Shown here: positions 57,203 through 64,000 of the stretch, one piece after another
Numbering within the stretch: the first letter of the stretch is position 1
How the letters are laid out: every line of letters starts with the position of its first letter
NCBI GenBank assembly: GCA_965661285.1
Contig: CBFIDD010000003.1
Location: 128,001 to 192,000 of the forward strand
Origin: Poseidonia sp.
GTDB taxonomy: Archaea > Thermoplasmatota > Poseidoniia > Poseidoniales > Poseidoniaceae
Length of the DNA stretch: 64,000 bases
Reading direction: 5' to 3'
Made by a program: the position numbers and the translations under genes
The notes under the pieces: generated by a model
Told to the model about the DNA's origin: nothing
Databases searched by the model: none
Seen by the model: only the letters and a program-made list of their open reading frames with translations

Positions 57203-57829
57203 ATGGATTTCAAAGAACTGGCAAAAATCGCCGCTGCAAGAAAAAAAGCATCAACCTCTACGCCCGAAGAGGAGATTCAACGCCTCAAGAAGACCGTTGA
57301 GCGGGAAAAAGCAGCACGGCGACAAGCTGAGGAAACCATTGAGGAGAGTTCGCGCCGTTTGTACCTGGCCAACCAAGAAGCCGCTGCATTGAACAAGGAA
57401 CTGGAATCAACCCTTCAAGACCTCAACGAGACACTGGGGGCCCTCACCAGTGCGAAAGCAAAACGAATTGCGACGTTCATCACATTGGTGCTGGCAACCT
57501 TTCTGTTCTTTCTCACCGAGTTTGCACTCGAGCCAATTCTTGAAGAAAAAATAGAGAGTAGTTTCTTCCTTATTCTCGCCAAGGGTATGATTTTTGCGAC
57601 GCTCATTCCTGTTGAGATCATTGGCTCACGTCTCGCAGAGCGAAATCTTACCGAGTCAGGCAAAATCAACGAATCGATTTACAGGGATTTACTCCTCGCT
57701 GCCTATGAGGATGGCATCATCACAGAAATGGAACGCACATTGCTCAATTCATCTGCTCGACAACTCGGTATCAACAAAACACAAGCAAAACGGATTGAAC
57801 AAGAACTTGCTGATGGGCAAGCGCAATGA
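57203..57829 (+). CDS. H-NOX partner: coiled coil, two TM helices and TerB-like C-terminus
   Basis: REKAARRQAEETIEESSRRLYLANQE; two TM helices; YRDLLLAAYEDGIITEMERTLLNSSARQLGI. Confidence 0.75.
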   Translation: MDFKELAKIAAARKKASTSTPEEEIQRLKKTVEREKAARRQAEETIEESSRRLYLANQEAAALNKELESTLQDLNETLGALTSAKAKRIATFITLVLATFLFFLTEFALEPILEEKIESSFFLILAKGMIFATLIPVEIIGSRLAERNLTESGKINESIYRDLLLAAYEDGIITEMERTLLNSSARQLGINKTQAKRIEQELADGQAQ

Positions 57830-58092
57830 TGGGACGAAGGCGACCACATCCACCTGACTTCAAAGCGGGAGGCTCGTGCCGTGGTCACAGAAGGCAACTC
57901 TTGAGGCATTAATCCGAAGAGGACGGAAAAATCTTCATGATAATTCCGTGAGAGAGAACAGCCATTCCTGCCTCGGCATCGGACGACATTCTGTCCAAGT
58001 CCAGGCTGCTCAGGCAACGCATCGAGGCGCGAAACAACCCTCCACCACCGCATGCCGCACCTCGCAAGACAGCATCCCCCCATCGGGACGAA

Positions 58093-58356
58093 ATGGTGGT
58101 GGTGGTTGCTGAGAAACCAAAGCGAAGCCCATTCCTAACCCTCGCTTATGCGACGGTCGCGTTGATCGTGTTCAATCTCCCGTATTTTCTGTATCAAGCC
58201 AACGCTGAACCAGACGTCAACTATCCGTTTGCTGGATTTGATGAAGCCATCATCACGCTGATTTGCTTCGTCCCCCTGATGATCGTCTCGGTGGTTTTTT
58301 GGTGGTCTGCAGTCCTTCATATCATCATTCAACTGGTCAGCCGTGCACGCCGTTGA
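58093..58356 (+). CDS. Small two-TM membrane protein (frame open upstream to 57952)
   Basis: Two hydrophobic helices; possible lost or non-canonical start at ATT 57964. Confidence 0.55.
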   Translation: MVVVVAEKPKRSPFLTLAYATVALIVFNLPYFLYQANAEPDVNYPFAGFDEAIITLICFVPLMIVSVVFWWSAVLHIIIQLVSRARR

Positions 58357-58614
58357 CTCTGATGTCTACGTGTTCAACGGTAGGGTTGTGAAGGGCCCAC
58401 TGAGAGCCTTTGTAAACGGGTAAATTGTACATATGGGTGTTTCGTTCTTGTGGGCGAGCACCTTGAGTCGGAGGAATTCAAGCGCTGCATGAAGAGAGAG
58501 AAGCAGTGGGTTGAGGGAAATACTGTGGTGGGTTTTCCTTGAGATGCGATGAATGTGATAAATCTCCCGTGCGTCGGAAGAACAGATATAAACAAGAAAT
58601 GAGAAGTACGTCTC

Positions 58615-58878
58615 ATGTTCTCAAGCTTAATTCTTATTTTTGAGGAATATCCGGCGCTTTTGACCATCCTTTCTGGGATGGTGATTCTCGGAGCGATCGG
58701 GTTCGTTCTGATGATGGCCTTTAACATCAAATCCTTCCTGACTTACCGAAAACGGAAAGCCGATGACAAAAATGAAGAAGTGGAAAAGGAGCATTCAACA
58801 CTCTTTTGGGCCGTTGATGGGTTTTTCACATTCGCCTTATCTTTGGACTTCCTGTCGATTTTTCTCATTTTAATTTAG
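58615..58878 (+). CDS. Small AT-rich membrane protein
   Basis: TM-charged loop-hydrophobic tail; ATATAAA ends 23 nt before the ATG. Confidence 0.6.
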   Translation: MFSSLILIFEEYPALLTILSGMVILGAIGFVLMMAFNIKSFLTYRKRKADDKNEEVEKEHSTLFWAVDGFFTFALSLDFLSIFLILI

Positions 58879-58919
58879 AATACGACCCACTGCAAACCGT
58901 TGTGAACGTCATATCTGTG

Positions 58920-59000
58920 CACAAGGGCAACCCTCGTAGCCGTATACATCTACAACCGTACCCTAGAGTACACCCCCATACACAAGGGCCTCCCTCGTGG
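58920..59000. repeat. Two ~20-nt imperfect direct repeats, each a hairpin
   Basis: CACAAGGGCAACCCTCGTAG at 58920 and CACAAGGGCCTCCCTCGTGG at 58981; period 61 nt. Confidence 0.55.
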
Positions 59001-59038
59001 AGGCTGAGTTTCGATTCGGGTTCAGGGATGATGCACCG

Positions 59039-61219
59039 TCATGCGCTTCTTCGTCGCAGAACGACCAATGCACCAGCTGCAGCCACCATGGAGAGGTTGA
59101 CGCCAAAGCCAGGAAGTGCGCCGTCATTGTCTCCATCTGCGTCGTTGGACGTCTCATTTCCGCTCGTCTCGTCCGTGGTGTTGCTGGGTGTGCTTTCCAC
59201 GTAGGCACCGTCCACGCACGTCCCTGTACCTACGACGAGGTCGTTGCGTGTTTGCGAGAGAACGGTGGCGTTGGCCGCATCGATGTTGAAATCGTCCTGT
59301 TGATAGAGCGAAGTCTCGAGAACGTAGCATCCCGGCTGGAGAGAAAAGGTCCGGTTGTACTGTTCTCCGCTTGAGGTGATGTCGTTCCATAACCACACGC
59401 CTCGGTTGTCGCCGTTGTTCGTCGTGCTCACAAGAACGATCGCCGTGTAGGACTGACCAGATTGAAGTTCACTGACCTCTGCTTGATATTCGAACGTCCA
59501 CGGAGAAGTGCTGTTTGAGGACATGGTGGTTGCCTCGATGCTGTTGACGGTGATGTTTTCTCTGCTGACGATGGGGGCGTCGGGGTCCTGCCACAGCCAA
59601 ACCATGTTGTTCTCGTGTTTCCCGGTGTCCTCACCAACGAGCACACGCCCGTCGTCGAGCACCAGCAGGTTGTCGGGTCCAGCAAGGTTGTTGATGTCGC
59701 ATTCGTACCGGTCCGATGAGGTGTAAGGCCCACCGATGATGGCCGGCTCAATCCTGTCGACGTTCCACGGTGAGGTCATCGTCATTCGGTAAACGATGCC
59801 GCAGTAATTCTGAGTAAGCGCAATGTCGCCTTGACCGTCGGTCATGCCGTTGGCGATGTTTGACATGGCCAGGTAAAGGGTATCGGGAACCTTGGGATTG
59901 AAGGCCACGCCCTCCATCTTGTTCCATTCGTCGCTCGCCCCCAAGGCAGCCGCGGCTTTTCGAGATTCGAGGAACGCCACGCGGTCGTCTACAGCGGTGC
60001 CAATCACGCCGTCGCCGTTGAGGTCGTCGTTGCGTTTGGCTTCGGCCCAATCGTTGATTTCCTCGTCCGAGATGTAGGAGGATTCGCCGTTGACAAAGTC
60101 CGCTGTGGTGATGCCGTCGTACTCGTCAATCCAGGCTTGGATTTCTCGTGAGGATGAAGAAGCGAGTTCGATCCAATCAACATCAAATCCAGTGGTGGCG
60201 GAATCGGTGCCCCCGTCCTGTTCCACATGCGCAGCGTACAGCGTTCCTGCGCTCAAATCGCCGGCCGTTTCAGCAACGAACTTGAACAGAACCGTTTCGT
60301 AGCCGTCGTCGGTCAGATAGACGGTTTTCTCATCGGGCATGACGTTCGCATTTTCATGCGAGAAACGACCCATGGTGTAGTGGCGAGTCAAGTCCGGCTC
60401 ACCGGATGCAGCGTTTTCCAGTTCAATGATGTAGCCGTAGTCGTAAGGATTTGGATAATATCCGAGGTAGTCGGCGAGGCGGGTCTGGTCGGTGTGATAT
60501 CGGAAGGTCTCGTCGTTCCATCGCTCGGTGTTGTCGAAATACAGTTCCTCGGAGAACAGCGGCGAGCCCCACGGGCTGATGCTGCCAAAGCACAACACCC
60601 ACCCGCCGTTGATCGCACTCAAGTTGAGCATGCTGCTCTTCAAGACGTCCCACTGCGAAGCCTTTGCATTCCATTGAATCTCCATTTGACTGATGCCCGC
60701 TGGTCGGTCCTCCCAAGCGGTGTAGAGGAAACCATGCAAGCCGTCGTTGCTGGCGGGCACGTAGGCGTTGTAATCGGGCTTCTGGCTCAGTTTGAGTTGG
60801 GCGCCGTCGTCCGCTGCGTAAATGCCCCCTGCAAGGCCGCCTTCGGTCAGAACATCCCCCGCCTGCAGCAGCACTTGATACTCACCGTATGACGTCCGGA
60901 TGCCGTGCCAGACATCCTCGGGACTGCTCGATGCGTCCAAAGCGGGAACCGTTTCGGGAAGCGCATGCCAATCAACGCCGTGAACAACCCCCACCGTGGC
61001 CTTGTAGCGGTCGGTGTCGGGATGCATGGCGTTCACGAAGAAATGGCCGTTGCCGTCAACATGCATGCCCGTGACTTCAGCCTCGGGCGGTAACATCATG
61101 ATGCGGGTGATTTCATCGCCAAAGGCCGTCTCATCGCTTTGGGCGACGGCCACAGGAAAGGTCGTGAGCGCCAGCAGCATCCCAACGGAGCACAGCAGCA
61201 TCAACCCTTTCCGGCTCAT
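59039..61219 (-). CDS. phoX: PhoX-family (DUF839) alkaline phosphatase with PGF-CTERM anchor
   Basis: LCFGSISPWGSPLFSEE, YGYIIE, MGRFSHEN, YLTDD, KMEG, PDNL..GED; tail LPGF-hydrophobic-RRR. Confidence 0.85.
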   Translation of the reverse strand: MSRKGLMLLCSVGMLLALTTFPVAVAQSDETAFGDEITRIMMLPPEAEVTGMHVDGNGHFFVNAMHPDTDRYKATVGVVHGVDWHALPETVPALDASSSPEDVWHGIRTSYGEYQVLLQAGDVLTEGGLAGGIYAADDGAQLKLSQKPDYNAYVPASNDGLHGFLYTAWEDRPAGISQMEIQWNAKASQWDVLKSSMLNLSAINGGWVLCFGSISPWGSPLFSEELYFDNTERWNDETFRYHTDQTRLADYLGYYPNPYDYGYIIELENAASGEPDLTRHYTMGRFSHENANVMPDEKTVYLTDDGYETVLFKFVAETAGDLSAGTLYAAHVEQDGGTDSATTGFDVDWIELASSSSREIQAWIDEYDGITTADFVNGESSYISDEEINDWAEAKRNDDLNGDGVIGTAVDDRVAFLESRKAAAALGASDEWNKMEGVAFNPKVPDTLYLAMSNIANGMTDGQGDIALTQNYCGIVYRMTMTSPWNVDRIEPAIIGGPYTSSDRYECDINNLAGPDNLLVLDDGRVLVGEDTGKHENNMVWLWQDPDAPIVSRENITVNSIEATTMSSNSTSPWTFEYQAEVSELQSGQSYTAIVLVSTTNNGDNRGVWLWNDITSSGEQYNRTFSLQPGCYVLETSLYQQDDFNIDAANATVLSQTRNDLVVGTGTCVDGAYVESTPSNTTDETSGNETSNDADGDNDGALPGFGVNLSMVAAAGALVVLRRRSA

Positions 61220-61275
61220 GGTTTGGTCTCAAGGACGAGCGGGAAAAACGTTCCTGCATGCGTGATGTCAGCGGT

Positions 61276-61665
61276 TCACGCGTCGAGGACCGCTCGAATC
61301 GCTGCACGAGCATGCGGTTCAAGCCGAGGTTCGATGTGTTTGGGCTTTGCACCCGGGCCAATAATGCCCAGACCAATCGGCTTGTCGTGCTTGAGTTGAA
61401 GTTCAAGAATGGTTTTAATGACGGCTTGGCCCATCGCCAATCCATGTTGCGTCTCGCCCTTTTCGATGATGCCCAGGCACGCTGCAGCGTCGTGGTCGGC
61501 GAGCAAACGGTCCAGTGCTAACGGGACTTCCATCGAACCTGGCACCCACACGACATCACCGATGCTCAACCCGAGGTGCTCAGCCTCCTCGCTTGCGAAG
61601 GCCAACATCCGGTCAACCTCGTCCTTGTGAAAGGAACCGCAAACCAGTCCGACGCGCTTGGTCAT
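61276..61665 (-). CDS. ribH: 6,7-dimethyl-8-ribityllumazine synthase
   Basis: VPGSMEVP, LGIIEKGETQH, KPIGLGI. Confidence 0.92.
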   Translation of the reverse strand: MTKRVGLVCGSFHKDEVDRMLAFASEEAEHLGLSIGDVVWVPGSMEVPLALDRLLADHDAAACLGIIEKGETQHGLAMGQAVIKTILELQLKHDKPIGLGIIGPGAKPKHIEPRLEPHARAAIRAVLDA

Positions 61666-62279
61666 GCCCTCGCCTCCTTGTTCTCCTCTTTCATCATTCG
61701 CTCAACCGTGGCGACGATGGTTTGGGTCATGGCGTCGATTTCGATGTTGATGCGATCGCCTTCGCTCGCCGAGCCAAAGGTGGTGAGGCTCAGTGTTTCG
61801 GGGATGAGGTGAATGTTGAATCGAGTCTCGTTGACCTCACCGATGGTGAGCGAGGCCCCATTCAGTCCGATGTAGCCCTTTTCATGGATGAATTTCATCA
61901 TGAACGCCGGCGCTTCAATGGTCATGTCAACGCCTTCTCCGACCTCTTGCCGGCGTGTGATTTCACCCAGGCCCATGATGTGGCCAGAGAGGAGGTGGCC
62001 ACCCAATTCATCGCCCATCTTGAGCGAGCGTTCCACGTTGACCTCGTCGCCTTCGTTCAGCGACGAAAGATTGGTTCGTTCAAGACTTTCTTGAATCACG
62101 TCAAAGGCCACGTGCTCGCCCTCGATGACGGTGGCGGTCAGACAAACGCCGTTGATGGCAACGCTGGCGCCCCGTTGAAGGCCGGAGATGTTTGGAAGCG
62201 AGATGTGGAAGGTCCAGACGGCGTTTTCCTTTTCTATAGAAGAGATGGTTCCTCGCCCTTGAACGATGCCAGTGAACAT
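61662..62279 (-). CDS. ribE: Riboflavin synthase, bacterial-type alpha chain
   Basis: MFTGIV, SVAINGVCLT, VNVER..GGHLLSGH, KGYIGLNGASLT. Confidence 0.95.
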   Translation of the reverse strand: MFTGIVQGRGTISSIEKENAVWTFHISLPNISGLQRGASVAINGVCLTATVIEGEHVAFDVIQESLERTNLSSLNEGDEVNVERSLKMGDELGGHLLSGHIMGLGEITRRQEVGEGVDMTIEAPAFMMKFIHEKGYIGLNGASLTIGEVNETRFNIHLIPETLSLTTFGSASEGDRINIEIDAMTQTIVATVERMMKEENKEARA

Positions 62280-62281
62280 CT

Positions 62282-62722
62282 TCAGGCCCCCTGCTTTTCG
62301 GCACGTTCGAGAATACGTGCGATGATTTTTCTCGTCCCGTCGAGGTCGTCGCTCAAGCCTTCCACACGCACCACCTGAATATCGCCGTGACCCCGTTCTT
62401 GGAGGGCTTTCCGGATGTTTTCCTCGGCGTGTTCTTGGTCGTAGCCAAGAGCGATGACATGGGGGTTGATGGAGGGGAGGATGTCGAAGATGGGCACTTC
62501 GGGAGGATTACCGATAACGACGACATCCACCGGTTTCAGACCTTCGACCATGCGTCGGCGGAGATCTTGGTTGGTCACCGGTTCGTGTTTTCGCTTGCGC
62601 ACCGTGTCGTCGTGGGCAACCACGACCGTGAGATGGTCGCCCAAAGCTTTGGCCTGTTCCAAGTAATGGAGGTGGCCGGCATGAAGGAGGTCAAACACAC
62701 CAACAGCAAGAATGCGCTTCAT
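62282..62722 (-). CDS. ribL: Archaeal FAD synthase (cytidylyltransferase-like)
   Basis: GVFDLLHAGH, LKPVD, LGYDQ; within the rib operon. Start ATG 62722. Confidence 0.88.
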   Translation of the reverse strand: MKRILAVGVFDLLHAGHLHYLEQAKALGDHLTVVVAHDDTVRKRKHEPVTNQDLRRRMVEGLKPVDVVVIGNPPEVPIFDILPSINPHVIALGYDQEHAEENIRKALQERGHGDIQVVRVEGLSDDLDGTRKIIARILERAEKQGA

Positions 62723-62753
62723 AGGACCACCAATTGCGGGTTGGGCTGTTGCT

Positions 62754-63482
62754 TCATGAGGATGACGGTGAAGACGCGACGCCAAGAGCAGCGACGACAT
62801 CTGCGCCCTCGAGGAACGGAATTTCCCGTGCTTCTGCCCACGCACGGGCGTGGTCGACCGAAAGCGCATGGTCGCCGTCTGGCTGAAGCATTTCAGCACC
62901 GATGACCACCGGAGCGGTGCCTGAGAGGCGAGCAAGTCCGACGGCGAGTTCAGTATGACCTTGACGCACCTCCAATCCACCCTTGGCTTCCCTGCATACC
63001 GGAATGTGGCCCGGCGTTCGGAATTCTGCACCAAGTCGCTCCATAGCGGGCTGGCCAACGACGCTTTCGTCCAAGCAAGCGGTTGCTAACTCGGCGAATC
63101 GACGGGTCGTCAGTGCACGGTCATGGTCGGTGATGCCGGTGTAGGTGTCGCGATGGTTGATGGAGAGGGTGAAGGCCGAGCGGGCGTCGTAGCGAAGGTC
63201 GTTGGTGACAAGGTGGTTCAACACCGGATTTCGCTCGACGGCATCGGGGGTCGTGTGGAGGTCTTGGAGGAAGGGAAGGCCGAAGCACTCGCCAACCTCG
63301 TCGCCGATGGCGAGGAAGAGCAAACCTCCGCAGTCTTGTCGCAATTGGCGCATCGTCGCAGGCTCAGCCAAGGCGGCTGGAAAGAGGAGGTCGGTTTCCC
63401 CCTCTCGCTTTTCCGAGTCAAACAAGCATACTGGATGCCCCTTTTGGAACGCTTCAACAGCTCGTTGCACATGGGCCTCCAT
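62754..63482 (-). CDS. ribB: 3,4-dihydroxy-2-butanone-4-phosphate synthase (archaeal type)
   Basis: FDSEKREGETD, YDARSAF, TGITDHDRA, PGHI, RQGHTE, EML. Confidence 0.93.
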   Translation of the reverse strand: MEAHVQRAVEAFQKGHPVCLFDSEKREGETDLLFPAALAEPATMRQLRQDCGGLLFLAIGDEVGECFGLPFLQDLHTTPDAVERNPVLNHLVTNDLRYDARSAFTLSINHRDTYTGITDHDRALTTRRFAELATACLDESVVGQPAMERLGAEFRTPGHIPVCREAKGGLEVRQGHTELAVGLARLSGTAPVVIGAEMLQPDGDHALSVDHARAWAEAREIPFLEGADVVAALGVASSPSSS

Positions 63483-63625
63483 GGTCCCCGCTCTGGCCTC
63501 ACCTTCATGAAGAGTCGTATCACATCACTCTTGAACACCACCCGAGGCGACCGATTTTGCGGACAGCCAACAGAAAGGGATTATCATGTGATGTCCCTTG
63601 GATCGGTTTCGGGGGGAGGACACGA

Positions 63626-64000
63626 ATGGGAATTAAACTCGGACCGGCCGGCGTTCCACTCTCCTGCAAAGGACGAACCATCGTTGAAGGGATGGACGAC
63701 ATCATCTCCTTGGGATTGGAAACCATGGAGGTCCAAACCGTTCGTATGGTCGCACCGCAGCACTTTGAACAATATTGGCAAGCCGGCGTGCTGGCCAACA
63801 AAACCGATTTCGAGATGAACATCCACGGACCGTACTACTCCGAGTTGTTGGGTGGAAAGGTCGAACGAGGACGCTCGTTGGCCAAAATTGAGGCCACCCT
63901 GCAGGCAGCCCGAACCATCAACGCCCGCCACATCACCCTCCATACGGGTCATTATGGCGACTTCGGACGGGGCCAGGCAGCCAACCAGCAAGTGGCAAAT
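63626..64000 (+). CDS. Endonuclease IV-like TIM barrel (AP endonuclease family 2), partial
   Basis: Not in the ORF track. MGIKLGPAGVPLSCKGRT...MEVQ...IHGPYY...LHTG; GGAGG SD; runs off the window. Confidence 0.85.
   Translation, partial: MGIKLGPAGVPLSCKGRTIVEGMDDIISLGLETMEVQTVRMVAPQHFEQYWQAGVLANKTDFEMNIHGPYYSELLGGKVERGRSLAKIEATLQAARTINARHITLHTGHYGDFGRGQAANQQVAN

Noticed and set aside
51481-57829. Receiver protein as the cognate response regulator of the H-NOX system
   Set aside because: It lies 4 kb away on the opposite strand, has no phosphoacceptor Asp, and no kinase is present; nothing in the sequence links them.
58356-58920. Integron cassette array / attC sites
   Set aside because: A GTTCAAC matches RYYYAAC, but I find no matching GTTRRRY box at suitable spacing and no integrase.
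58920-59000. Mini CRISPR array
   Set aside because: Only two short imperfect repeats and no cas genes in the window.
63483-63625. FMN riboswitch upstream of ribB
   Set aside because: No RFN consensus and ribB appears leaderless; only short inverted repeats (AAGAGT..ACTCTT, AAGGGA..TCCCTT) of uncertain meaning.

Overview
Gene-dense archaeal chromosomal segment, most consistent with Marine Group II Euryarchaeota (Poseidoniales, Thermoplasmatota); the taxonomy is inferred from gene content, not from a marker search. Archaeal markers are A-type ATP synthase subunits H and I, RpoK, PurP, AroA'/AroB', GHMP-type shikimate kinase, RibL, GAGGTGA Shine-Dalgarno sites and PGF-type C-terminal anchors. 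Bacterial-type aerobic-heterotroph genes are also present (ctaA/ctaB, kynA, orn, PhoX, S8 protease, acyl-CoA dehydrogenase). The window holds about 56 CDS, one tRNA-Ser(GCT) and one pseudogene fragment; I see no CRISPR array or recognisable mobile element. Highlights: (1) an H-NOX heme gas sensor paired with a partner that keeps the coiled-coil motif of H-NOX-associated kinases but has two TM helices and a TerB-like tail instead of a kinase; (2) an hcrCAB-like molybdoenzyme resembling 4-hydroxybenzoyl-CoA reductase in an apparently aerobic archaeon; (3) a pseudo-receiver gene that appears to start at ACG; (4) three KaiC/RAD55-like proteins behind a pilin-like lamin-tail protein; (5) a recurring non-canonical TATA-position motif (TTCATGA/TTGATGA) about 23 nt before start codons; (6) a His/Asp-rich insert in ATP synthase subunit I. 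All calls come from motif recognition by eye; no database searches were run.
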